Source: a virus (taxonomy: Duplodnaviria > Heunggongvirae > Uroviricota > Caudoviricetes). From it: a stretch of 64,000 bases of DNA. The stretch covers positions 33,199 through 97,198 of the IMG/VR virus record IMGVR_UViG_3300045919_000425; one strand, written 5' to 3'. Positions 36,833 to 46,411 of this stretch are shown here, piece by piece (positions within the stretch are counted from its first letter, which is position 1; each line of letters starts with the position of its first letter). The notes beneath the pieces are model-generated. The model worked only from the letters and a program-made list of their open reading frames with translations. It did not search any database and had not been told where the DNA came from. A program made the translations under genes and the position numbers.

Positions 36833-37513
36833 TCAGATTAATTCCATTTGGTCAATAATTCCCTTAAGTCTAGCACTTACAATGTAGTCTCCGGCTTGTT
36901 TTATAACTCTACGATACTTCTTGCTTAATCCCTTATTCTTCTGGGCAACATCCTCTTTTGCGTTTTCTAAATCAAAATACAGGACAGCGATTCTCATGCC
37001 GGCAGTGCTGCTAGAAAGCTCCTGATAATAAGCTAAGAAGGCTGGGTTCTGAGAGTTTAATTTAGTAGGATCGAATTTCACTTTATTGTCTTTATTGTAC
37101 TGAAAAATCGCAACATCTAACGCCAACTGTAATGTACTTATCAATTTTAAGTTAAACTGACGTTTAACTTGGAAAGTGTAGTATTTTTCTGGATCTACTC
37201 TTTTGACTTTATTCCAAAAGCTCTCTGTCGGCTTAAAATTACCGGGAAAGTCTTCTAACTGAGTGCACCCTCTTACATAAACTTTCACATAAAAGTTTTC
37301 TGTCAAGAATCTATCGGGGACATAGTAAAGAAAGTCATGATCGTTTTGTAAAATTAACTGATCACACATCCACTGCTTAATATCTATATCCTTATTTGCA
37401 AGACTGACTTTCTGATCCTCTTCGTCCACATGGACTTTGATTCTAGCTAACCATCGTTTAAAGTCCTTTTCTTCTCTCAATCTTTCGGGACTTTTTTGCT
37501 TATAAAAATCCAT
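36833..37513 (-). CDS. Hypothetical protein (226 aa)
   Basis: ORF track. Confidence 0.5.
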   Translation of the reverse strand: MDFYKQKSPERLREEKDFKRWLARIKVHVDEEDQKVSLANKDIDIKQWMCDQLILQNDHDFLYYVPDRFLTENFYVKVYVRGCTQLEDFPGNFKPTESFWNKVKRVDPEKYYTFQVKRQFNLKLISTLQLALDVAIFQYNKDNKVKFDPTKLNSQNPAFLAYYQELSSSTAGMRIAVLYFDLENAKEDVAQKNKGLSKKYRRVIKQAGDYIVSARLKGIIDQMELI

Positions 37514-37522
37514 AACTTCCCC

Positions 37523-39643
37523 TTACGCTGCGATATTAAATTTACCAGATGTCAGCTTGCTTTCTATCTTATTTACATATCGAACTACTTCTTTTTTTCT
37601 GCAACCCAGCTCATTAACATTGGCTTCGTCCAAGATACCATGTATGACAGAAATAGTCAAGTCCAGAGAGCGGCCACTTGCATCATAAACTACTCGGCTT
37701 AGTTTTCTGATTGTTTCGTAGGTATTTCCTCCTACCCCAAGCGATTCCCTAAACATAGTAGCCGCTGATTCGAGATCTAATCTTACAGATATAGGCTTCG
37801 ATTCTGTGATTTTTATCACGAAATCTTTCAGTAAATACTCTTTACACCTGTAATGAGGAATGTACTCAACATCTGTACCTTCACTCAGGTAAGCCATCAG
37901 GATTTGGCGTAAGATGGTGTATTGGTTCGAGTTAGTTAGACATATATATCTGCGTAACTTGTGCATACCAAATCGATATTTCTTACCGGTATGAGTGCTG
38001 GAGATTCGTATCTCTTCCAGTATTAACTCAAAGCAGTTCAATAATTCTGGTACTCTTTTTTCATTCATGAAAATACTTTTACCTGTGTAGTAGGCTCCCT
38101 TTGGCATAGTTCGAGATAACTCTGTAAATTTATCTCGAACACCTTCAAGAATACTGACCGATTCTTCTGCGTACACTCCCTTAGCCTTACGGACACGCTG
38201 CTTAATAATTTCATAAAAAGGGCGACCAACCTCTTTATCAGCCAACTGACTGTTGAAGACTGACAGGATAATACATAAACTATCTACTGTTTCCTTTAAC
38301 TTAATCTCATTAGACTGTGCTGAATAAAGAAGAAAATCGAGTACCTGGTAACAAGCTGTAGGTGTAAGACTGACTACATTAAACCTACTTAAGAACTTGT
38401 TAGTTCTTAACGCCGTAATGACGCACTCAAGGAAAACGCCTGGATTAATCTTAATCCTCTTGGATTTTTCCCCGGGAATATCATTAAAACCCATAGCATT
38501 TTTCAGATTAATGATACTAATATTAGATTTTTCCATACAAAAAGTTATCGTATTCACTAAGTCCACTACGCCTGAATTACTCTTACTACCAAAAAGCTTA
38601 CTTAGTGTTAGTGTTTCTCCGTCTTCCTTGATCCTAAACTCAGGATTTTCATGAAACTCGCTAAATATCCCAACATCAATGTAACCCTGCTCTAAGGCAG
38701 GTCTAAAAACAGAGAAAAACTCCGCCAATCCAGAATTCACTAATAATGATGTTCCATCCTGAGAGGTTAACTCCTTATTAATAACAAATGGGACACGAGC
38801 ATTATAGAATTTCGAAGGATCGCAATTGAAGGTTCCACTCCACTCATCAAGCAGGTCTTCGGCAAAAAGTCGGAGTGCGGAATCTCTCGTAACCCTCACG
38901 GAGCGGTCTGACTTTAGTATCCTGTACGCAACTTCTCTGGCTTTTATCCTGTAGCGATATCTTTTCTCGTCTGTAAATCTTGAATCTTGAGCAATAAGCA
39001 AAAGTATTCGTAGTTCGCATAACAGTGTGATTGTCGATTCTGTTGCCCAGAACCCCACCGTTTTTTGACTGGCCTTGTCTTTATTAATAAGTCCGCCAGA
39101 GATCCTATTGCGGAACAAGTGCGTATCATAAAAGCTTCTGTGTATTGATGAAGAAGCATTTATGTCTATAAATGAATACATGAATGTGTTTGCTAAAGAG
39201 ATAGTTATTCCCTTTACGTACTCAGCGAATTCATCTTCAGATAAAACCCTGCTTAATATTAATGTGATGTGTCGACCATTTCCTGAAGCTGAGATCTCTA
39301 AGATTGCGCTGCCATCCATAAATTCAGAATTCCATGTACGAAACTCTTCCTCAAATAATAAAGAATCCTCTGACTCCACACATCCTACTTTATCGAAATC
39401 TAGCACTATTGTTGTTTGCTTTGCTCTGTACTGAGACTTCGTAGTAATCCGACCATTAAAAGCCCTCCTAAAGTTATATGAAACGAGCAAATGATGATGC
39501 TTTGATTCCTTACATAAAGGAAGGCTGTCTATGTAGTCTAACTGTTCAGGCTTAAGCCCTGAGAGGCATGACTGCGAATATTTATTAAATACACAAATAG
39601 CTTCAGTTGAAATCTCATTAGTTCCTCTTCTTATTTTAGTCAT
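37523..39643 (-). CDS. Large hypothetical protein (706 aa), function unknown
   Basis: ORF track. No polymerase, helicase or RNAP motif was recognised. A promoter-like TTGACA element lies upstream. Confidence 0.55.
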   Translation of the reverse strand: MTKIRRGTNEISTEAICVFNKYSQSCLSGLKPEQLDYIDSLPLCKESKHHHLLVSYNFRRAFNGRITTKSQYRAKQTTIVLDFDKVGCVESEDSLLFEEEFRTWNSEFMDGSAILEISASGNGRHITLILSRVLSEDEFAEYVKGITISLANTFMYSFIDINASSSIHRSFYDTHLFRNRISGGLINKDKASQKTVGFWATESTITLLCELRILLLIAQDSRFTDEKRYRYRIKAREVAYRILKSDRSVRVTRDSALRLFAEDLLDEWSGTFNCDPSKFYNARVPFVINKELTSQDGTSLLVNSGLAEFFSVFRPALEQGYIDVGIFSEFHENPEFRIKEDGETLTLSKLFGSKSNSGVVDLVNTITFCMEKSNISIINLKNAMGFNDIPGEKSKRIKINPGVFLECVITALRTNKFLSRFNVVSLTPTACYQVLDFLLYSAQSNEIKLKETVDSLCIILSVFNSQLADKEVGRPFYEIIKQRVRKAKGVYAEESVSILEGVRDKFTELSRTMPKGAYYTGKSIFMNEKRVPELLNCFELILEEIRISSTHTGKKYRFGMHKLRRYICLTNSNQYTILRQILMAYLSEGTDVEYIPHYRCKEYLLKDFVIKITESKPISVRLDLESAATMFRESLGVGGNTYETIRKLSRVVYDASGRSLDLTISVIHGILDEANVNELGCRKKEVVRYVNKIESKLTSGKFNIAA

Positions 39644-39737
39644 TCATCCTCCATAGTCTCCTTTTATTCTTATTTTGATATAAAAGTTTGTCAACAGGAT
39701 TAATCCTGCTCATAGCAATAACATTAAGTTGTGTGTT

Positions 39738-39818
39738 TAACTATTAAAAAGAAAAGACGGGCTAGTTGGAGTATATGCCGATAAGGAGGAGGAACGGCAT
39801 ACGGAGGACTAGCCCGTC
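39738..39818 (-). terminator. Large GC-rich compound hairpin plus T-run: rho-independent terminator of the Rha gene, with a CCUCCUCCUU (anti-SD-like) loop
   Basis: Outer 11-bp stem GACGGGCTAGT/ACTAGCCCGTC and inner 7-bp stem TATGCCG/CGGCATA. The minus strand then reads CTTTTCTTTTT. Confidence 0.55.
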
Positions 39819-39891
39819 GTGTGGAGGTATTTAAACTGTACCCTCTACTCATTCCTCCGTCAACAATTATTTTCATCTCCGTGAAAAATAA

Positions 39892-40629
39892 TTAGATACC
39901 CTTATGGTTAACCATTCCTCTCAGAATTTCTGCAACAGACTTACTCCACTCTATGGACTCCCTCATCTTACCTCCAGCCTCCTGTGTGACCAACTTTCCA
40001 TGACTCTTACCTGACTCTGAAAGTAACCAGTTACCCGGAGCGCCTGTAAGATATCCTAATTCCAGTAAATACCTGTTAGCTTTTACTGGTGTAATCTGAA
40101 GGTCAAACTCCTTGATCCAATTAGTTATTGACTGAGTCTTGGATTCTACAGAGGGTTTGTACTCAATTAACGCAAGGACATCACTTCCGGTGATTTTACG
40201 GGTTGCATAATTTGCATGGATTGCTGCTTGTTCTTTTTCTAATCCTAAAATTCCCGCAAGCTTATGATACTTTTCAAACTCATCTACTGGGTGCATCCTG
40301 ACATGAGCTGCCTTATTAATATTATTTCTCATTGCTTCAAATTGCTCTTGGTAGGCGATCTTCCAGTCAAGAGCCTTCTCGCCAGTGAACCCCATCAAAA
40401 GAATGGTCGTAAACTTTTCATCGAGGATATACATAGGCATTAATTTTCCCTGTGAAGTCTTATAGTTAGACAGCTCAAAATTGAGCTGTCCTAATTTACC
40501 ACTGTCTATAAGAGATTCTATATCCCGAATAACATTTTTATGTTCCTTACCTGTGAACTCTGCAATCCTAAGACTTGTGGTTGCGGCTATCAATGAACTG
40601 CCAATATTCTCAAATTTAACTAATTCCAT
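39892..40629 (-). CDS. Rha-family phage regulatory protein
   Basis: The N-terminal pattern ...FTGKEHKNVIRDIE... is typical of Phage_pRha. 245 aa. Confidence 0.6.
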   Translation of the reverse strand: MELVKFENIGSSLIAATTSLRIAEFTGKEHKNVIRDIESLIDSGKLGQLNFELSNYKTSQGKLMPMYILDEKFTTILLMGFTGEKALDWKIAYQEQFEAMRNNINKAAHVRMHPVDEFEKYHKLAGILGLEKEQAAIHANYATRKITGSDVLALIEYKPSVESKTQSITNWIKEFDLQITPVKANRYLLELGYLTGAPGNWLLSESGKSHGKLVTQEAGGKMRESIEWSKSVAEILRGMVNHKGI

Positions 40630-40797
40630 TTCGTTCTCCTTTGGTTTTTCCTTATGAATTCTTATAGTTAAATATCTCGCATAAATGATTTCTTGGTATT
40701 AATTGCTTAATTACATATCAAGTTTTTACTAGTGTTTAACGCTTAATGCCGTGACTTTTAATTAATTCCTCCTTAAATTAAACTACATCAATTTTAA

Positions 40798-41076
40798 CTA
40801 TTTGTCAAGTTTACCTACCCACTTAAATACGCCATCAAGATAATGAAGAAAATACTCTCTATTATTCACACCAGTCATTGTTTCCAGTAACTCTTGATCT
40901 ATTGACGAGAGTACTGTGCCTGCGAAATTCACCTGAATGCCCGGAAATACTTCTTGTAATTTATTTTCCAGCGTGAGTATCCCGGTATGACGATCCTTGC
41001 ATTCAATTATCATAAGACGGGAAAGTCCTATCCTATCGCACCTGTCATATTTATACTGACTAAACAACACGTACAT
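40798..41076 (-). CDS. Hypothetical protein (92 aa)
   Basis: ORF track; directly downstream of the sbcC-like gene. Confidence 0.45.
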   Translation of the reverse strand: MYVLFSQYKYDRCDRIGLSRLMIIECKDRHTGILTLENKLQEVFPGIQVNFAGTVLSSIDQELLETMTGVNNREYFLHYLDGVFKWVGKLDK

Positions 41077-41079
41077 ACT

Positions 41080-43059
41080 TTACCTACAGTCGATCACATG
41101 ATCGAATTCATACCCACAAGCAGAATGGTCGACAATTAGGATTAATTTCCTTTGAGCTATTGGATGAATTGCTTCAAGACAGTCCATTAGCGTTTGAGGG
41201 TCAACTCCAGTAAAAGCTTCATCTAAAATAAGTATTGGAGAGTTGTAAAGATCAGGGAATGCAAGAGAAAACGAAGCAGTGAGTCTTGATCTTTGGCCTC
41301 CACTTAAGTCGGATAGATAATTAGAAAGCTTTGTGCCTTTATAATAAACATCTAGGGAAATCTTATCGACGATCTCTTTCTTGGATTTAAGTTCTTTGAA
41401 TGGTATTAATGAGGCAACCACATCATTATCGAGAAGTAAATCAGACCAGTATTTTGCCCTTACATTAATTTCATCCAAAATCCGGGAAACTACATCCAAT
41501 CCGCACTTTACTGACAGATCCGCTAGTTTACTTAAGTTCTCAATTTTCACCCGTAAATCCGTAACGACAGCCTCCTTTTCTATTCTCCTTAGTTCTAATG
41601 AAGATAGCTTCTCATTCAGTGCAAAGACTCGTGACTCTAAATCCTGAATCTGTATCTGTCTCTGCATTTGAACTCTATGTTCTGATACCTCTCTGTCTAT
41701 CGCATTAATATTGCTTAATACTTCCTCTTTCTTTACAGAAATTTCATGCAATTGACTTGCTAATTCTGCTTGAGAAGGGATATCAGAATTTTTCTCTACA
41801 TACCTCTTAGCAAAAGCCAAGTGTTCGTTGAGAGTTTTCAATTCTGCCTGAATCCTATTAATATCAGACCATCTTTCGATATTCCGTTTCTTTATTAGTT
41901 CGAAATCCTCAATTTCCCTAATTACTGCTCTTAATTCTAAGAGCTTTGACTCGGCTTGCTCTTTTATCAATGCGGGATTTTCTGAAATTGAGCCAGGGAG
42001 GATAAAGTCCGACATTCTTTCAGCAGCGATGCTTAAGTTCGATAAATCATCTTTATTTAACTCCTGTGCATCATTTTTAGATGTTGCGATATGGTTTCTT
42101 TTAAAAGACTGCCAGTACTTCGTTCTCGTTTCATCATACTGAACCTTATTCTTTAGTGTTTCGTATAAAGAAAGAAGTTTACTACGTTCTTCCGTAAGGA
42201 TCTTTCTTCTCTCTATTGCGTCAGTGAGCTTATCAGACAAATAAACCTCATTTTCTGGTGGAGGATTATTTGATAACCATGACTCCTTTTTCTCTATTTC
42301 CTGTGGATTCTGCGCTATTTTCAAGTAGCACTTTTGTATATCTACATACACCTTTGATTTATGTAATCCGTTTAAGTGTTCGTATCTTGTACTTAGTTCG
42401 GATAAATCTGCTGAGAATTTTGCCTTTCTGGAAGAAAGATGAGAGATCTCATCATGAGAATTATCTGACCTAGTGATTGCCAGATCTTTAATCTTAACCC
42501 CCTCTGACGTGATCTGCGATTGAGTGTCCCGAATAGACGCATGAATTAAACCTAGCTCGTTTTCTGCTTTTTGTAAGTCCACAGTAGTCTGAGTTAAGGT
42601 AGATTTAATTTTATCCTTCACATCATTAGGGTTTTTGTCTTTAAATGCCAATTGATGAATGACACTTAATTGCTCAGAAGGAGAGAGAGATAGAATAGAG
42701 TTCTCTGCCATCTGACGAACATAGGAACTAAGCTCAAACTCTAATTTATTCATGCCAAGAGTAGATTTAATAAGTTCATCAGCCTGATCTGCAAAGACTC
42801 CATTACAAGAAACCTCGTTTGGTCCCCGTGTTCTTGTAATATCTAACCCAAATCCGGTTAAAGAAACTTTCGAAGTTTTTTCTCCCCAAGTAGTTATATC
42901 TCCAGGACATTTCCCGTACAACGCATAAGCTATTGATTGTAGTATCGTTGTCTTGCCTGAGTTTGATGCACCATGGAGCCTCACAAAACCAGTTTCAGGC
43001 AGCTCCAGTTCATAATTCTTATATCTTCTGAAGTTTAGTAGATTTAATTTAATTGTCAT
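41080..43059 (-). CDS. Rad50/SbcC-like ATPase (T4 gp46-like)
   Basis: N-terminal Walker A GASNSGKTT. A central coiled coil. The C-terminal signature LSGGQRSRL and the Walker B LILDEAF. Confidence 0.75.
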   Translation of the reverse strand: MTIKLNLLNFRRYKNYELELPETGFVRLHGASNSGKTTILQSIAYALYGKCPGDITTWGEKTSKVSLTGFGLDITRTRGPNEVSCNGVFADQADELIKSTLGMNKLEFELSSYVRQMAENSILSLSPSEQLSVIHQLAFKDKNPNDVKDKIKSTLTQTTVDLQKAENELGLIHASIRDTQSQITSEGVKIKDLAITRSDNSHDEISHLSSRKAKFSADLSELSTRYEHLNGLHKSKVYVDIQKCYLKIAQNPQEIEKKESWLSNNPPPENEVYLSDKLTDAIERRKILTEERSKLLSLYETLKNKVQYDETRTKYWQSFKRNHIATSKNDAQELNKDDLSNLSIAAERMSDFILPGSISENPALIKEQAESKLLELRAVIREIEDFELIKKRNIERWSDINRIQAELKTLNEHLAFAKRYVEKNSDIPSQAELASQLHEISVKKEEVLSNINAIDREVSEHRVQMQRQIQIQDLESRVFALNEKLSSLELRRIEKEAVVTDLRVKIENLSKLADLSVKCGLDVVSRILDEINVRAKYWSDLLLDNDVVASLIPFKELKSKKEIVDKISLDVYYKGTKLSNYLSDLSGGQRSRLTASFSLAFPDLYNSPILILDEAFTGVDPQTLMDCLEAIHPIAQRKLILIVDHSACGYEFDHVIDCR

Positions 43060-43343
43060 TATTTATTCCTCCTGATAGATAGTTTTACTGTTCTAATTTC
43101 CCACTCTAGTTTTGAAATCATTGAATGAATTGAGTCACCGTATATTCTGTTAAGTTCCACAAACTTCTCATCATAATCTGACAGTTCGGGATTCTTGATA
43201 AACATCAATCTTTGCAGATCCTTCTTCAGCTTAATTAACTTATGTATTCTCCTCCATTGCCAAGACACAAACTTTTCATGAATAGCTATAAATAACACGA
43301 TAATCCATAGAAATACGACGAACAAGCAACAAAACTCTATCAT
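43059..43343 (-). CDS. Small membrane protein (N-terminal TM)
   Basis: CCLFVVFLWIIVLFIAI. An ATGA overlap with the sbcC-like start. Confidence 0.45.
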   Translation of the reverse strand: MIEFCCLFVVFLWIIVLFIAIHEKFVSWQWRRIHKLIKLKKDLQRLMFIKNPELSDYDEKFVELNRIYGDSIHSMISKLEWEIRTVKLSIRRNK

Positions 43344-43436
43344 CTAAAATACCTCCCATGAAATAAAAAATTCACCAAAGGATAATTCCCTGGTGAATTA
43401 AATGTAACATAGTATTAACTTGAAGTCAAGGCTTGC

Positions 43437-43709
43437 TCACTTTTTAAATTTAACCCTAGTAAACCTCTTTACACTTTTAGTGGGCTTAAAGTACTTAAAC
43501 GATTTTCGACACATTAACAGAATAACAAAAGGCCAAACTGCAATCATTAAGGCTATCCCTAGTATTAACGTAAAGCTATCGTAAATCCTCCAAGATATGG
43601 CTTGTTCCTTTCTTTTAAAATGGAGCCTAATACTCCCGGACTTAAATACCAAATGAAAGGTTGTCATGAAACAGCCGAAGATTATATAAAACTCAATCAT
43701 CCCTCGCAT
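43437..43709 (-). CDS. Small membrane protein (two TM helices)
   Basis: Two hydrophobic segments. Confidence 0.45.
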   Translation of the reverse strand: MRGMIEFYIIFGCFMTTFHLVFKSGSIRLHFKRKEQAISWRIYDSFTLILGIALMIAVWPFVILLMCRKSFKYFKPTKSVKRFTRVKFKK

Positions 43710-45418
43710 GCTTTACACTCCTTACTGAGATCTTTTCCTGCCTGAGAGCCAGATAATATTGACGTTGTTCTTGTGTAATAAAGAGTTTTAACACCCATTT
43801 TCCATGCTTCGTAATGTACTCTATGAAAGTAATTAGGATCTACGTCCGCTGGAAAGAATAAGTTTAAACTTTGGCTTTGATCTATATACTTCTGCCTTTG
43901 TGCTGCCTGTCTAATTAATGACATCTGATTAATTTCATACGCCGTCAAAAACACAGACTTTTCATGTTCTGAAAGAAATTTCAAATGCTGCACAGAGCCA
44001 TTATTCATTGCAATATCCTTCCAAACCTCTTCAGTGTTCCTTTCATAAGATGATAATATTGGCCTTAATTTCTCATTCTGCTTAATAAAGGTACCTTTAG
44101 CTGTTTTTTGCATAAAAGCATTTGCTACAACAGGCTCGATACCTGGAGACACGTTCCCTGATATTACCGAATTACTTGCAGTTGGAGCCAGTGCGATTCG
44201 GTGAGAATTACGCACACCAAAGCCTTTGCACCATTCAGGTTCTCCTTTTTCGGCGGCTAGTTTCTGAGAGGCTTTATCGGAATACTCTTGAATGAACTTA
44301 AATATCTCCGAGTTAAGCATCATAGCCTGAAATGAATCAAATGGGAGTGACTTGGATTGCAATAAGCTGTGCCACCCCATAACACCTAATCCTAAAGCCC
44401 TTGACGATATCGCAAAATTCCTGGCACGTTCAAAACCCTCAAGGTTTTCTGTCTTTTCTATGAAATCTTCTATTATGCCGTCAAGAAACCAAATACAGTC
44501 TTCAATGAATGTTCCATTTCCCTTCCATTCATCATATCTGTCCAAATTAACTGAAGATAAACAGCATACGAAAGTAGATTTATCGTTCGTATGCAATAGA
44601 ATTTCTGAGCAAATGTTACTGGTTGATATCATTAGATTGTTTTTTACATAGCACTCAGGTCTTGCATTATTCACATTATCAGAAAAGAATAAATATGGCT
44701 CTCCAGTTTCCAATCTTGCTGATAATATGGCCTGCCACTTCTTCCTATTTTCAAAACAATCCTTATGAGAATCATTAGTTAGTGATTTCATGAAATCATC
44801 ATCAATACATACACCGTGATGAATGTTAAGGTTTTGACGGTTTGTATCACCAGAAGGTCGCCTCATGCCAATAAATTCATGGATGTCTTTGTGACCAACG
44901 GGTAAGTAACTAGCACTGGCTCCTTTTCGGACTCCACCTTGTGCGGTTGCTATTGTTGCTGAATCCTGAATGTGCAACCAAGGAACCACCCCTTCAGATT
45001 TTCCATTAGCCCCACCTTGTATTGGGGTTCCTCTTCCCCTTACATCACCCCAATACGAACCAACGCCACCGCCATGCTTGCTAAGCAGCATCATCTCTTT
45101 TATTGAGTCCGCTATCCCAGAAACAGAGTCAGGCACATGTAATGAATAACAGGAAATCGGCAATCCTCGTGTCGTGTTGTAATTGGAGAGTACGGGGGAA
45201 GCTAACCCTAACCAACCATTCCACAGGTACGAGAAAATTCTTTCCGATCTTTCTAGTCCGCTATACTCTGCCGCCTTGGATGTTACTCGCCTCCAAGCGC
45301 CCCTTGGTGTCTCTCCGTGAAGTAAGTACCCCTTAGCTAGCATCTGGTATCCTTCATCAGTTAACCAGGAAGGGGCTTCATTTAATTCCTTAAGTGAGTG
45401 AAGTGCCGTTTTGCTCAT
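43697..45418 (-). CDS. nrdA: Ribonucleotide reductase class I alpha subunit (no ATP cone)
   Basis: Active-site NICSEI and the PISCYSL...GGGVG region. Start refined to MSKTALHS, which has the RBS AGAGGAGAA. Confidence 0.8.
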   Translation of the reverse strand: MSKTALHSLKELNEAPSWLTDEGYQMLAKGYLLHGETPRGAWRRVTSKAAEYSGLERSERIFSYLWNGWLGLASPVLSNYNTTRGLPISCYSLHVPDSVSGIADSIKEMMLLSKHGGGVGSYWGDVRGRGTPIQGGANGKSEGVVPWLHIQDSATIATAQGGVRKGASASYLPVGHKDIHEFIGMRRPSGDTNRQNLNIHHGVCIDDDFMKSLTNDSHKDCFENRKKWQAILSARLETGEPYLFFSDNVNNARPECYVKNNLMISTSNICSEILLHTNDKSTFVCCLSSVNLDRYDEWKGNGTFIEDCIWFLDGIIEDFIEKTENLEGFERARNFAISSRALGLGVMGWHSLLQSKSLPFDSFQAMMLNSEIFKFIQEYSDKASQKLAAEKGEPEWCKGFGVRNSHRIALAPTASNSVISGNVSPGIEPVVANAFMQKTAKGTFIKQNEKLRPILSSYERNTEEVWKDIAMNNGSVQHLKFLSEHEKSVFLTAYEINQMSLIRQAAQRQKYIDQSQSLNLFFPADVDPNYFHRVHYEAWKMGVKTLYYTRTTSILSGSQAGKDLSKECKACEG

Positions 45419-45523
45419 TTGTTCTCCTCTTGTGAACATTAAGTATCGCATGAAGTATTATTTAGAATGTGTCTAATTTTAATACCATTCTATTCTTAAA
45501 CTAAGTCTTTAATCTTTACATAA

Positions 45524-45570
45524 GGAATCCTTCTTTTGTTAATGGTGGTAATATGTTGACTATTAGTACG
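45524..45570 (-). repeat. Copy 3 of a conserved 47-bp element (core CGTACTAATAGTCAACATATT), upstream of the RNR alpha gene
   Basis: The core 21-mer is identical to those at 55273 and 55946, and the extension ends in GGATTCC as in copy 1. Confidence 0.6.
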
Positions 45571-45584
45571 AGTAGGAGATTGTC

Positions 45585-45794
45585 TTAGAAGGATTCCTTA
45601 ACTCTATTGAGAGACTCCCTGTCCTCTTTTGAAGACTTGTCGAGAAGCTCTTTCCTAAAAATCTTTACATCAGGCTTTGCGGACATTGCGAGCTTAACAC
45701 TGTTTGGTGAAATTTTATAAATCTTAACCTCAATTAATTCACCATTAACATCAATCACAATACTTTCATTAACTTTACGAGTCAAACATAGCAT
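45585..45794 (-). CDS. csrA: CsrA-family RNA-binding translational regulator homolog
   Basis: MLCLTRKVNESIVI ... VKLAMSAKPDVKIFRKEL here matches B. subtilis CsrA MLVLSRKINEAIQI ... VKLGIDAPKHIDIHRKEI. Confidence 0.7.
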   Translation of the reverse strand: MLCLTRKVNESIVIDVNGELIEVKIYKISPNSVKLAMSAKPDVKIFRKELLDKSSKEDRESLNRVKESF

Positions 45795-45802
45795 AGAGCC
45801 TC

Positions 45803-46411
45803 CTAGTCGGATGTGTAAGAACTGGAATCAGAAGATCCACAGTCAGATGAGTAACTATCAAAATTTGTCTGATTATGATTTAAATCATAATCCTGAGAAT
45901 CAGCCAAAGCACTACATAACATTACTGTAGTAATCACATCAGGAGACTTATTAATACTAGACATTAATTTACGTTCCCTGGAATAGTCGTTACTACCCTT
46001 AGAGCCTGAGTTTCTTTTTCTGAAAAACCCATTCTTTTTTAGATTACCTGTGTTTTTACTCCTAATGTGATTAATTGTGATGAAAATAACAGAGATTACA
46101 AAGATAGATATTATGATTCCAGTAACCAGCAAGCAAGCCCGAATTCCATTGAGATTATCGTCGTGGCTTCTTGGCGATATTAGGTGGAATTCGGGAATTC
46201 CAATTTCCTGATTGAAAGAAAGGTGGTCATAAGCACTATCGTAATTAACAGTAGCCATAAGGCTACTGAATACTCCTTCAGTACACGTTTTTGGAGGATT
46301 CAGGATCTTTGCTGTATGACCGGTAATTATTATAGAATCTCCTTTAACTATGGTTAGGTTGGAGAATTCACCTATTCTATAAATTGCATTCCTATCTAGC
46401 AGGCAAGTCAC
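45803..46411 (-). CDS. Membrane protein (central TM, S/D-rich C-terminal tail)
   Basis: LLVTGIIISIFVISVIFITI. Confidence 0.5.
   Translation of the reverse strand: MTCLLDRNAIYRIGEFSNLTIVKGDSIIITGHTAKILNPPKTCTEGVFSSLMATVNYDSAYDHLSFNQEIGIPEFHLISPRSHDDNLNGIRACLLVTGIIISIFVISVIFITINHIRSKNTGNLKKNGFFRKRNSGSKGSNDYSRERKLMSSINKSPDVITTVMLCSALADSQDYDLNHNQTNFDSYSSDCGSSDSSSYTSD

Noticed and set aside
37523-39643. Possible split multisubunit RNAP subunit, as found in phiKZ- and AR9-type jumbo phages
   Set aside because: No NADFDGD or other beta/beta-prime signature was found.
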